Positions 7,451 through 16,205 of a stretch of 47,825 nt of DNA are shown piece by piece; the stretch's first letter is position 1; each line of letters begins with the position of its first letter. The position numbers and the translations under genes are program-made. The notes beneath the pieces were generated by a model that worked only from the letters and a program-made list of their open reading frames with translations, did not search any database and was not told the origin of the DNA. Source of the stretch: a virus; the IMG/VR virus record IMGVR_UViG_3300030399_000027; one strand, 5' to 3'.

Positions 7451-7619
7451 TGATTGGTATCCAAAGACGGCAAGTTTGATAGGGCCACACGTGAGCCGCG
7501 TCGATTGCGCACTGCCCCGTGGTATTGGCGACGATTCGATTCGCGTCCGTGCCGGTGCGTATGAAACTGCCGCGTGCGCAGTTCTCGCAGCGCTTTGCCG
7601 GGTTCTTAGGCGCGCTCAT
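7368..7619 (-). CDS. hypothetical protein, 83 aa (MSAPKNPAKRCENCARG...)
   Basis: Track ORF 7368..7637 trimmed. Its 3' end overlaps the next gene by 83 nt, so the true extent is uncertain. Confidence 0.35.
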   Translation of the reverse strand: MSAPKNPAKRCENCARGSFIRTGTDANRIVANTTGQCAIDAAHVWPYQTCRLWIPINEHIQQASASIVGLRRNRCKRVSVPVR

Positions 7620-7779
7620 AGCACCGACGCAGCGCAAAGACGTTGCTAGATGCGAACAGGTCTAACCAGTCGCATCCTTCCTTGCGAGCCGTTGTGACGC
7701 ATGCGAACGCCTCGGTAAAAGCTGTAACGACGCCGACCAAGCAACCGTCCGACTCGCGGAACACGTAGAACCGTTTCAT
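7606..7779 (-). CDS. hypothetical small protein, 57 aa (MKRFYVFRESDGCLVG...)
   Basis: Hand translation has no internal stops. Confidence 0.45.
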   Translation of the reverse strand: MKRFYVFRESDGCLVGVVTAFTEAFACVTTARKEGCDWLDLFASSNVFALRRCYERA

Positions 7780-7788
7780 TTATTGCCC

Positions 7789-7923
7789 CTAGCACCAAAC
7801 AACATCGTTATATGAGACGGAGCGAATGACTTTCCCGTTGTCGCACACGTCATAGTGATTTCTGAACAGCGCGAGATAGGCAAATACCCTGCGTGCTGCG
7901 TAGACGTAATCGGAATAGAACAT
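7789..7923 (-). CDS. hypothetical small protein, 44 aa (MFYSDYVYAARRVF...)
   Basis: Track ORF 7789..7980 trimmed, because its 5' part covers the promoter motif. Confidence 0.4.
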   Translation of the reverse strand: MFYSDYVYAARRVFAYLALFRNHYDVCDNGKVIRSVSYNDVVWC

Positions 7924-7955
7924 TTTCGCTCTCGTGTTTCCCTGGCTGATGCCAA

Positions 7956-7985
7956 ATACTACCGTAATGGTATTTTGCACGTCAA
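7956..7985 (-). promoter_or_regulatory. Early sigma70-like promoter with embedded palindromic operator, back-to-back with the terS leader
   Basis: - strand reads TTGACG-N18-TAGTAT. TACTACC 7957-7963, N5, GGTATTT 7969-7975. Confidence 0.6.
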
Positions 7986-8008
7986 TACCTTTTTAGGAGT
8001 ATTTGGTT

Positions 8009-8527
8009 ATGCGTCCACTTTGCGGGGCAAAAACTCGCACGGGCGCTCCGTGCGGAGCCAAGGCAGTAAAAGACGGCAAGCGTTGCCGCATGCACGGCGG
8101 GGCAACGCCGAAGGGCATCACGAACGCGCTGAAACAAGGCATATACGCCCGCGTTATCCGTCCAGAACAACAGGCTAGCGCTGCGTACATTCGCGCCAAC
8201 CTGGGTAATGTCGATGACGAAATCGTGATCGTGCGCCTACAGCTAGAGGCAACGCTTGCTGCTCAGAACGCCGCGATGGTGAACGACCAAAACGGGCTTG
8301 AACTGCAAAAGTTCAACGATAAGGAATCGACCGAATATTCGGCTGGCCCTGAGCGCGTTTATGAGCGAGTTGACTACAACGCGCACATTGACCGCCTCAC
8401 GGCGCGCATAGCGTCTCTTGAACGCATGCGCATGGAGTTGATGGAGGCAGAGCGTAACAAGCCGCCTGCTGATGACGATGAGCCCCCGCAATGGGTGATT
8501 AGCGTTGTCCCGCCCAAGGTGAAGTGA
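8009..8527 (+). CDS. terS: terminase small subunit (putative)
   Basis: Lies directly upstream of, and overlaps, terL. Basic N-terminus with CRMHGG. AGGAG 9 nt upstream of ATG 8009. Confidence 0.65.
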   Translation: MRPLCGAKTRTGAPCGAKAVKDGKRCRMHGGATPKGITNALKQGIYARVIRPEQQASAAYIRANLGNVDDEIVIVRLQLEATLAAQNAAMVNDQNGLELQKFNDKESTEYSAGPERVYERVDYNAHIDRLTARIASLERMRMELMEAERNKPPADDDEPPQWVISVVPPKVK

Positions 8528-9846
8528 TGGGGCGAATCATCCAGTCACAGATGACTGAGCCGCAAGCTCGGTTCTTCGCGCTCGACGCCAAATATCCCGC
8601 GTTCGTCGGCGGGTTTGGTGTTGGAAAGTCTGAAACGATGGCGAACTGCGCGATTCGTGATGCGATGCAATCCAGTTCGTCACTTATCGCCCTGTATGAG
8701 CCGACTTACGACCTTGTGCGCCTGATCATGGCCCCGCGCATGGAAGAAAAGTTGTCTGAAATGGGCGTTCGGTACAAGTACAACAAAACCGAAAACATCA
8801 TTTACACGTCGTCACCCGGCATTGGCGATTTCATTTTGCGGACGCTGGAAAACCCCGCTCGGATTATCGGGTATGAAGCGTACCGCTCGCACGTTGACGA
8901 AATCGACACGCTGAAGAAGGCGCAAGCCTATCTGGCGTGGCGAAAGATCATCGCTCGTAATCGCCAGAAGTTGAAGGATAAGCGCGGGAATCAGCTTCCA
9001 GGCACGTTCAACCGTGTGAGCGCATACACCACGCCTGAAGGCTTCAACTTCGTCTATGAGACGTGGAAGAAATCGCCTAAAGCTGGATACGTGATGATCC
9101 AGGCCCCCACGTGGTCTAACCCGTGGTTGCCGGATGACTATGTTGACAACCTGCGCGACAGCTACCCGCCGCAGTTGATCGAGGCGTACCTAGCTGGCGA
9201 GTTTGTGAACCTGACGCAAGGAACGGTGTATCTCTGCTTCAACCGTACCGAGTCCGTAAAGCCTTGCCCGTATAACCCTGCTCTGCCTTTGCATATCGGG
9301 ATGGACTTCAACGTCAACCCTATGTCGGCGTCTGTTCATCAAGAGCAGCCAAACGGCGAGATTTGGTGCGTTGGCGAGTTTGCCGAAATGACCAGCAACA
9401 CGCACGACCTAGCCGACAAGATCATTGCGCGCTACGGCAAAGAGTCATTCGACCCGATGAAGCCAGACCTGTCGCACATAACGATATATCCAGACCCGGC
9501 CGGGACTCAGCAGAAAACTAGCGCGCAAGGGAAAACTGATATTTCGATCCTTCGAGAGAAGGGTTTCAACGTCATCCATATGAATGCGCATCCGCTCATT
9601 CGTGATCGTATCAACTACGTGAACGGCTGGTTGTTAAACGGCCATCGAGTGAGGCGTTATTTCGTTGACCCGTCATGCGAGAACGTAATCGAGTGCTTCG
9701 AACAACTCGTGTATGACCCGGCCACGGGCCAGCCAGATAAAAAATCAAACGTCGATCACATGCCCGATTCGGTTGGTTACTACCTCTGGACGAAACACGT
9801 GTGGATTCCAGCGCAACGCATTCAAACCGGACACATGAGCCGATAA
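8524..9846 (+). CDS. terL: terminase large subunit
   Basis: 440 aa. Walker A-like VGGFGVGKSE near the N-terminus. C-terminal nuclease-like half. Position ahead of the portal. Confidence 0.9.
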   Translation: MMGRIIQSQMTEPQARFFALDAKYPAFVGGFGVGKSETMANCAIRDAMQSSSSLIALYEPTYDLVRLIMAPRMEEKLSEMGVRYKYNKTENIIYTSSPGIGDFILRTLENPARIIGYEAYRSHVDEIDTLKKAQAYLAWRKIIARNRQKLKDKRGNQLPGTFNRVSAYTTPEGFNFVYETWKKSPKAGYVMIQAPTWSNPWLPDDYVDNLRDSYPPQLIEAYLAGEFVNLTQGTVYLCFNRTESVKPCPYNPALPLHIGMDFNVNPMSASVHQEQPNGEIWCVGEFAEMTSNTHDLADKIIARYGKESFDPMKPDLSHITIYPDPAGTQQKTSAQGKTDISILREKGFNVIHMNAHPLIRDRINYVNGWLLNGHRVRRYFVDPSCENVIECFEQLVYDPATGQPDKKSNVDHMPDSVGYYLWTKHVWIPAQRIQTGHMSR

Positions 9847-9859
9847 CTGGATCGATCCT

Positions 9860-10039
9860 ATGACGCGCAAACACATCACATCGTGCCAAGTATTCCCGGT
9901 CGGCAAGTATGAGCGAGCCGACATCGAAGAAGCGATTCAGGAGGCATTCGACAACACCGTCCGCGAAGGCATCGTAATGACGCGCCTACCCGATGGTGGC
10001 CTGATCGCATCGCATCAAAAACCATATGTCCCGTACTAG
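9860..10039 (+). CDS. hypothetical small protein, 59 aa (MTRKHITSCQVFPVGKYE...)
   Basis: Hand translation. Ends at TAG 10037-10039, in the same frame as the portal ORF. Confidence 0.45.
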   Translation: MTRKHITSCQVFPVGKYERADIEEAIQEAFDNTVREGIVMTRLPDGGLIASHQKPYVPY

Positions 10040-10048
10040 GAGGCCGCT

Positions 10049-11527
10049 ATCTGGCTCACGCTCAAAGCAACGCGCACGAAGGATAACGACCTACCTCAAC
10101 GCGCGTTCGACATCACTTGTCTGAACACAGTATTAGACGGCACGTTATACGACAACCTGCCGAATTCATTTCATACCGAGAAAAACGAGGCTGAAGAATA
10201 TGTCAAGCTGAGGGATCGTCGGCCATCTGTTCGCTATGCTCTATGCCGAGCAGTCGTAGACGATTCAGTCGGATTGCTCTTTAGTGAAGAACACTTTCCA
10301 AGCGCGAAAGTTGAAAATCCCGACACGGTTGCGAGTCTTGCGGCAATCGTTAAAGATTGCTCGCTTAACGAGGTAATGATCGATGCCGCTACACGCGGTT
10401 CGGTTGGTTCAGTCGCCATTCAAATGCGAGTCCTGAATAGTCGGCTTTTCTTCAAGGTTCTGCCGACGCAGTTCCTTACGCCGACATGGCAAGACGACGC
10501 CCCCGATACGCTGACACTGGTAACGGAGAAATACAAGACAAAGGGCAAAGCGCTATTCGACTTGGACTATCCGATCAGCCCGGATGACTTCGCCGCTGAT
10601 TTCTGGTTTCAGCGGACATGGGATAGCAACGCTGAGAACTGGTTCGACCCGTGGCCCGTTATCCCCAAGAAACTGGACTACGTTCCGGTGATCGATGCGA
10701 AGCGCAGCAAGTCGCACACGCTCGGCTTCGTCCCTATCGTGTGGATCAAGAATCTGCCCGGAGGCGATGACATCGACGGCGCATGCACGTTCAAGCTCGC
10801 CATCGACACGAACATCGAGATTGACTATCTGCTTAGCCAGGGCGGGCGGTCGCTGAAATACAACCTCGACCCAACGATGATGATTAAAGAGCCAACTATG
10901 GGCGCTGGCGGGACGTTGGTGAAGGGAGGCGGTAACGCAATCGTGGTTGGGCCGGATGGCGACGCCAAGATGCTGGAAATGACTGGAGGCTCTATCGATG
11001 CCCTTCTCGAATTCGTGCGCCTTGCTCGGCAAGTCGGGCTCGAGTCGATCCACGGCAACAAGGCGGACGCAGACAAGATCGCCGCGGCACAATCCGGCCG
11101 CGCTATGGAACTGATGAACCAGGCGCTTATCTGGCTCGCTGACAAGCTGCGCATCAGCTACGGTGAAAAGGGCTTGCTCTCGCTCTACAAGATGATTGCG
11201 AAGGCATCCCAAAAAACCGGCCTGAAGGATTCCAACGGAAAGGACATCGCGCCCATTTCGACGGATGAGCCGTTGGCGCTCAAGTGGCCTAATTGGTACG
11301 CGCCAACGTTCACCGACAAAACGAACGAGGCTAGCACCCTGTCGTCGCTCACCACGAGCGGAATTCTCTCGAAGGAAACCGCAACGGAATCCATCGCTGA
11401 CCAATACGACATCGAAGACGTTCCCGCCGAACTGGCGAAGATCGCAATCGAGCAGAAAGCCGCAGCAGACGCAGCGGTTGCCCTCGCAGTAGCAACCAAG
11501 CCCGTCCCGGATTCAACCGGCGACTAA
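10049..11527 (+). CDS. portal protein (SPP1 gp6-like). Start uncertain: first canonical start is TTG 10274, but the open frame and portal-like N-terminal sequence begin at 10040
   Basis: Track ORF 10274..11527. The frame is open from 10040. AGGAGG at 10038-10043 is followed 5 nt later by ATC 10049. Position after terL. Confidence 0.75.
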   Translation: MWLTLKATRTKDNDLPQRAFDITCLNTVLDGTLYDNLPNSFHTEKNEAEEYVKLRDRRPSVRYALCRAVVDDSVGLLFSEEHFPSAKVENPDTVASLAAIVKDCSLNEVMIDAATRGSVGSVAIQMRVLNSRLFFKVLPTQFLTPTWQDDAPDTLTLVTEKYKTKGKALFDLDYPISPDDFAADFWFQRTWDSNAENWFDPWPVIPKKLDYVPVIDAKRSKSHTLGFVPIVWIKNLPGGDDIDGACTFKLAIDTNIEIDYLLSQGGRSLKYNLDPTMMIKEPTMGAGGTLVKGGGNAIVVGPDGDAKMLEMTGGSIDALLEFVRLARQVGLESIHGNKADADKIAAAQSGRAMELMNQALIWLADKLRISYGEKGLLSLYKMIAKASQKTGLKDSNGKDIAPISTDEPLALKWPNWYAPTFTDKTNEASTLSSLTTSGILSKETATESIADQYDIEDVPAELAKIAIEQKAAADAAVALAVATKPVPDSTGD

Positions 11528-11555
11528 CACCGCGCACGATGCGCAACACCGAACG

Positions 11556-11580
11556 GCCCGCTAGATGCGGGCTTTATTCA
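11556..11580 (+). terminator. Intrinsic terminator (GCCCGC-loop-GCGGGC-T family)
   Basis: GCCCGCtagatGCGGGCTTTATTCA. Confidence 0.6.
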
Positions 11581-11614
11581 TTTCTATAGGATCGGGCTGA
11601 AGCCCATACCAACT

Positions 11615-12217
11615 ATGCGCATTTCTTCCTTACTCGCTCACCTTCTCGGCTTCTCCCTCGCTCGCTCGTATGTCGATGACCCGGACGCTGGCGGCGGTGG
11701 CGATGCAGCCGCCGCTGCTGCTGCCGCTGCTCGTGCAGCGAACCCGCCCCGTGAATCGTTCTCGCGTGAGTACGTATCTGAAATCCGCGAAGAGGCCAAG
11801 TCATGGCGCGTCAAGTTCCAAGAGCGTGATGTGGCGCTCAAGGAAGCGAGCGAAAAACTCACCGTTGCCGAGAAGGCCGCTCAAGAGGCTGGCACGAAAG
11901 CTGAACAGGCGGCAAATGAGCGCGTGATGCGTGCCGAACTGAAGGCCGTCGCACTCAAACATGGCGTGGTCGATATGGACCTGTTGAAGCTTATGGACCT
12001 TTCGGCGGTCAAGTTGCTGGAAAACGGCGACATCGAAGGGGCTGACGCTCTGTTCGAAGCCGCGAAGAAATCGAAGCCGCATTTCTTCGGAGCGGTATCG
12101 ACAAGTTCGACCGCCAAGACTCCGCCAGTTGGCGACCCAAAGGTTACGGATGCGCGCAAGCAGACGCCTGAAGAATACGCCGCCTCGAAGGCCGCATATC
12201 TGAAGGCGAACAAGTAA
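11615..12217 (+). CDS. scaffolding protein (putative)
   Basis: 200 aa, Ala/Glu/Lys-rich and coiled-coil-like. Lies between the portal and the major capsid gene. Confidence 0.6.
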   Translation: MRISSLLAHLLGFSLARSYVDDPDAGGGGDAAAAAAAAARAANPPRESFSREYVSEIREEAKSWRVKFQERDVALKEASEKLTVAEKAAQEAGTKAEQAANERVMRAELKAVALKHGVVDMDLLKLMDLSAVKLLENGDIEGADALFEAAKKSKPHFFGAVSTSSTAKTPPVGDPKVTDARKQTPEEYAASKAAYLKANK

Positions 12218-12264
12218 CAGCCTGATCCTTCCGCAACAAATCGAGTAGTTCCCCTGTAAATAGC

Positions 12265-12295
12265 GGCCCGCCAATGTGCGGGCCGTTTCCATTTG
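12265..12295 (+). terminator. Terminator-like hairpin upstream of the capsid gene
   Basis: GGCCCGCcaatgtGCGGGCC followed by GTTTCCATTT. Confidence 0.45.
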
Positions 12296-12306
12296 AAGGC
12301 ATCACA

Positions 12307-13617
12307 ATGGGTATTCAAGCATTCCCGGCCGCGCTCGTCCCGGCTATCCAAACCGGCATGTTGGCGCGTGAATTCGAAACGGGCCTGCAATCGGTCCTGA
12401 CGTATCGCGAAGTTGCAGACCGCGAAATCTTCCCGGCCGCCATCGGTGAAACGCTCACCAAGACGCGCAAGGGTTTGAAGACGCCAGTTACCACGCCGCT
12501 GGTTCCCTCGACCAATACCAATCTAGACAACGGCTTGACGCCGAGCGGATGGACAATCGAGCAATACACGCTTGCGGTCAACATGTACGGCGATACCATC
12601 GATCTGAACATGGTCACGTCGCGCGTTGCCATCGCATCGCAGTTCTTGCAGAACGCGAACACGAACGGCATCCAGGCGATGCAGTCTGTTGATCGGATCG
12701 CGCGCAACGTGATTTTCGGCGCGTACCTGTCGGGCAACACCCGCGTGCGCGTCACGCTCGGCTCTGCTGGCGCAACCGTTTCGGTGGATGACATTCGCGG
12801 CTTCCAAACCGCGTTTTCGAACGGCATTCAAGTGCCCGTTTCGTCCAGCTTCCCGCTTACCGTCACCGTTGGCTCGGATGTCTACACGCTGACCGGCGCG
12901 ACCGCTGACGGCACCAACGTGTCTACGGCTTTCGGCGGTATCTCGGGAACGCTGACGTTCACCACGAACGTGACCGTGGCCGATGGAACGTTGAATCAGC
13001 CGGTGGTCGCTGCTGTCGGTTCGTCCATTTTCCGCCCGAACAACCGCGCTACCTGCGCGCAACTCGTGGCTGGCGACACAATCACCATTGCGGTCCTGTT
13101 GAACGCCGTTGCGACACTGCGTTCGAACCGCGTCCCGACGATTCGAGGTCTGTACAACGCGTATCTGGATGACCGCCAAATCATCGGCCTGTTCGCTGAC
13201 CCGGAATTCCAACTGCTCTACCGTGGTCAGTACGCATCCACCGCGTACCAACAAGGCCAGGTGATGGAAATGGTCGGCATGCGCATCATCCCGACAACGG
13301 AAGCGCCGCAGCAAGCATCGCTCGGCGCTGGCGTGATCCACCGCGCACTCGTGTGCGGCCAGGGCGCAATGATCGAGGGCGACTTCGCGGAAACCGGCTA
13401 CAGCGATGTGGCGGGCGACGAAGGCTTGGTCGAAATGCTCGACGGCGTGGCGATGGTGACTCGTGAACCGCTCGACCGCTTGAAGCAAATCGTGGCGCAA
13501 TCGTGGTACTGGATCGGCGGCTTTGCTGTGCCGACCGACATCACCGCTACGACCAACATTATCCCGACCGCGACGAATTCGTACTTCAAACGCGGCGTGA
13601 TTGTCGAATCGCTGTAA
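12307..13617 (+). CDS. major capsid protein
   Basis: 436 aa. Track ORF trimmed to ATG 12307. Position after the scaffold. Strong hairpin downstream. Confidence 0.75.
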   Translation: MGIQAFPAALVPAIQTGMLAREFETGLQSVLTYREVADREIFPAAIGETLTKTRKGLKTPVTTPLVPSTNTNLDNGLTPSGWTIEQYTLAVNMYGDTIDLNMVTSRVAIASQFLQNANTNGIQAMQSVDRIARNVIFGAYLSGNTRVRVTLGSAGATVSVDDIRGFQTAFSNGIQVPVSSSFPLTVTVGSDVYTLTGATADGTNVSTAFGGISGTLTFTTNVTVADGTLNQPVVAAVGSSIFRPNNRATCAQLVAGDTITIAVLLNAVATLRSNRVPTIRGLYNAYLDDRQIIGLFADPEFQLLYRGQYASTAYQQGQVMEMVGMRIIPTTEAPQQASLGAGVIHRALVCGQGAMIEGDFAETGYSDVAGDEGLVEMLDGVAMVTREPLDRLKQIVAQSWYWIGGFAVPTDITATTNIIPTATNSYFKRGVIVESL

Positions 13618-13634
13618 TCGACCCGTAGCGATGT

Positions 13635-13663
13635 GGGCGCGCTTCCAATGGTGAAGCGCGCCC
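13635..13663 (+). terminator. 11-bp GC hairpin after the capsid gene (attenuator or mRNA stabiliser; no U tract)
   Basis: GGGCGCGCTTCcaatggtGAAGCGCGCCC. Confidence 0.4.
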
Positions 13664-13689
13664 CGCCCCACACATTCCCAGGACAGAAC

Positions 13690-13908
13690 ATGGCAACGAA
13701 AAAGCCAGTCGCAACGACTGATGCAGAAATTCCAGAAAGCGTAAAGCTTGCCGCTCCGCACGGCTTCTATGACGAAGCGGGCGAACTGCAAGCATGGTTG
13801 CAAAACGAAGTCGTCACCGATGCAAAAGACATCGCATTGCTGATCGAGCGCGGCGCACGCCTGTTCGGTATCGGTGATGAGCCAGCGGAACCCGCTAAGG
13901 CGGCGTAA
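13690..13908 (+). CDS. small head-associated protein, 72 aa (hypothetical)
   Basis: Track ORF trimmed to ATG 13690. Synteny after the capsid gene. Confidence 0.55.
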   Translation: MATKKPVATTDAEIPESVKLAAPHGFYDEAGELQAWLQNEVVTDAKDIALLIERGARLFGIGDEPAEPAKAA

Positions 13909-14294
13909 TGGCCTCGCTAACCGATGCGCAATTGGTGGACTGTCGGCGGTTCTGTGGTTTCCCATTGTTCGGCGGTCAACCGGTGCAGGCGTTCGGTTAT
14001 CGCTTCTTTCAGTGGTACGGAACGCTCGAATTCCGCATGAACAACATGGACCCGGCCGAAACGGTTGTCGTGACGAACTATCTCACGCAATTGAACCTGC
14101 TGGAAACCGCGATTTACGGAACGTCCGCGAATCTCGATACCGATGTTGCCGCCGTCTGGACGCACAACAAAAACGAGCAGCGCGACCGCGAAGCGTTGTT
14201 TGACTCGCAACGCCGCCGTTTGTGCGCGTTCTTTGGCATCCCGCCCGGTCCCGGCTTGAAAGCTGTTTCCAGCGGAATCAGTTTTGAGGTCTAA
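13908..14294 (+). CDS. hypothetical virion (head-tail connector region) protein
   Basis: Track ORF. TAATG coupling to the previous gene. Confidence 0.6.
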   Translation: MASLTDAQLVDCRRFCGFPLFGGQPVQAFGYRFFQWYGTLEFRMNNMDPAETVVVTNYLTQLNLLETAIYGTSANLDTDVAAVWTHNKNEQRDREALFDSQRRRLCAFFGIPPGPGLKAVSSGISFEV

Positions 14295-14942
14295 ATGGAC
14301 GGCGCGACCCTGCAAGGAAAGATTTACGAAGGCTACGCCAAGGCCGCTATTCGGCTCGGCTTGCCCTTCGCGCAGTATCGCCCTAGCGGAGCTAACAACC
14401 CGGTAACAGGAGCGCCGCTGAACGCCTCCATGCTCGCATCGTTCAATGCGGAGGATATGAAGTACGGACGGCCGAATAAATACGGCAAGGCGACGTGGTA
14501 TTGCTTGGCCGATGGAACGCAACTCGCGGTGTTCGATTATCTCGTCGGCGCGAGCGGAACGTACTTCATCGCGGCTATGCAACCGCTGCTGCCGATCCTG
14601 GCCGTTGAGTGCAATCGCACTGTGAGCGTGACGCGCCCGCAGCTACAAACGCAAGTCGGCGGCCTCACGGATTACGAAGGCACCACGGCGGTGAACGAAA
14701 CGCCGCTCATGGCTGGCTGGCCCGCGTCAATCCTGCAAGGGAGCAAGGGCGAGAAAGGCGAAATCGTTTTGCCCGGTGACGTTCGCAACGCATGGTGGAT
14801 CGTGCTGTTTCCTTCGACCCCTAGCGTAGTTCTGCGCTCTGGCGACTTGATATATGACGACAACAATCGGCGCTACATCATTTCGAGTGCGGAACTTACC
14901 GACCTCGGCTGGCGATTAACCGCGCTCCAAGGACAAACATAA
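14295..14942 (+). CDS. hypothetical virion protein, 215 aa
   Basis: Track ORF. Tight operon spacing. Confidence 0.6.
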   Translation: MDGATLQGKIYEGYAKAAIRLGLPFAQYRPSGANNPVTGAPLNASMLASFNAEDMKYGRPNKYGKATWYCLADGTQLAVFDYLVGASGTYFIAAMQPLLPILAVECNRTVSVTRPQLQTQVGGLTDYEGTTAVNETPLMAGWPASILQGSKGEKGEIVLPGDVRNAWWIVLFPSTPSVVLRSGDLIYDDNNRRYIISSAELTDLGWRLTALQGQT

Positions 14943-14943
14943 A

Positions 14944-15129
14944 ATGCCGAGTCTTTACCCGCCCGTCAATGGGCCGTTTACCAAAACGGTGAACAAAAAC
15001 ACGTACACGTCTGCCGGTCAATATCAGCCCGTCACGGTGATTATCCCGGCCGATGTTCATTCGCTTCAAGAGGCCGGATGGCTCGACGTGACAGTCTGCC
15101 CAACGCCCAACATGACAACCAGCCGATAA
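14944..15129 (+). CDS. hypothetical protein, 61 aa
   Basis: Track ORF. Starts 1 nt after the previous stop. Confidence 0.5.
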   Translation: MPSLYPPVNGPFTKTVNKNTYTSAGQYQPVTVIIPADVHSLQEAGWLDVTVCPTPNMTTSR

Positions 15130-15133
15130 AAAT

Positions 15134-15976
15134 ATGGCTGATCTAAGCGACGTTCAAAACGTGCTGGTCGGCCTAGTCGCTGGCTGGCTGTACCCGGTCA
15201 CAAGCTCGGGTAACTCGGTGCTCGGCTTCCCCGTCCGAATCGGTCAGGGCTGGCCTACTGCCGCGCAGATGGACCCCGATCTATACGATGGGATTGCGAA
15301 CATTTCCATCTATGCCACGGCGAACGAGCGCAAGACCACACGCTTTGTGCAAGGGTGGCAACAGCTATCGAGCAACGCGCCCACGCTGACGTTAAATTCG
15401 GTCGGGCAAGTCATCACAGTAGCCGGGACGAATCCCGCGCCCTACTCTCAACAAAACTGCGCTGTGTTCGTGAATGGTGAGCCGTTCACATACGCGGTTC
15501 AGGCAGGCGACACGCCCGCCATCATAGCGAGCGCTCTAGCCGCCGTGATTGCGATTGTTATCCCCGGTACGGTTTCGTCTAGCGGGACGATCACGCTACC
15601 CGCTGGCGCGCGCATCGGCGCTTTGCGTGTCGGGGGAACGGGAACGGCGGTTAGGGTCGTGCGGAATCAGTGCCGATTGTTCCAGATAATCATTTGGGCC
15701 TCGACATCGACGCAGCGAACGGCGATTGCAAACCTGATTGACCCGCTCCTGGCGGACATGCCTCGCATTGCGATGCCTGACGGCTTATACGCAAAGCTGT
15801 CGTATCACGATAGCCCGCAAATCGACCTTGGCGAAAAGGCCCGATTGTTCCGGCGCGATCTGCGCTACATGGTTGATTTTTCGACCACGAAGCAAATGGG
15901 CACGGCACAAGTCATCGTCGGCACAACGATCATTTCCGATACGTTCGGCAACCTCATCAAAACAATCAATTCATAG
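15134..15976 (+). CDS. hypothetical virion protein, 280 aa
   Basis: Track ORF in the neck/tail-completion region. Confidence 0.6.
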   Translation: MADLSDVQNVLVGLVAGWLYPVTSSGNSVLGFPVRIGQGWPTAAQMDPDLYDGIANISIYATANERKTTRFVQGWQQLSSNAPTLTLNSVGQVITVAGTNPAPYSQQNCAVFVNGEPFTYAVQAGDTPAIIASALAAVIAIVIPGTVSSSGTITLPAGARIGALRVGGTGTAVRVVRNQCRLFQIIIWASTSTQRTAIANLIDPLLADMPRIAMPDGLYAKLSYHDSPQIDLGEKARLFRRDLRYMVDFSTTKQMGTAQVIVGTTIISDTFGNLIKTINS

Positions 15977-15983
15977 GGCATCT

Positions 15984-16145
15984 ATGGCAAAGGCTCAAGC
16001 GCCGCAGTTCAGTTTTGAACTCGTGGTGATTCACCCATTTGGCGACCACGAACGCGGAACGCGAATCAGCGAACCGGACGTTATCAAGGCCGTTCTCGAA
16101 GGCGACAACGCGCACCACTGCAACAAGGTCGCAAAGCCGCAGTAA
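15984..16145 (+). CDS. hypothetical small protein, 53 aa (MAKAQAPQFSFELVVIHPFG...)
   Basis: In-frame ATG within track ORF 15738..16145. The rest of that ORF overlaps the previous gene. Confidence 0.45.
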   Translation: MAKAQAPQFSFELVVIHPFGDHERGTRISEPDVIKAVLEGDNAHHCNKVAKPQ

Positions 16146-16165
16146 TCCACCAACGAATGATCAGG

Positions 16166-16190
16166 AAGCCCGCTATATGCGGGCTTTTTG
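16166..16190 (+). terminator. Intrinsic terminator (GCCCGC family) immediately upstream of the sheath gene
   Basis: AAGCCCGCtatatGCGGGCTTTTTG. Confidence 0.7.
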
Positions 16191-16205
16191 CATTGGAGAA
16201 ACGAC

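Noticed and set aside
10037-10039. The idea that the phage tRNA is an amber suppressor enabling TAG read-through into the portal frame, or that TAG is recoded genome-wide.
   Set aside because: The well-folded tRNA has anticodon UGC, not CUA. TAG is also used as an ordinary stop for other genes, for example at 4588-4590 and 18678-18680. Read-through remains only one of several explanations for the portal start problem.
12523-13965. 480-aa ORF on the - strand, antisense to the major capsid gene. Similar long antisense ORFs occur at 16365-18077 (570 aa), 10553-11404, 20304-21071, 21179-22051 and 27078-27680.
   Set aside because: They lie fully inside well-supported structural genes on the other strand. 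They are extremely Arg/His/Ser-rich with no motifs and lack SD/start context. These are typical shadow ORFs of GC-rich coding DNA.
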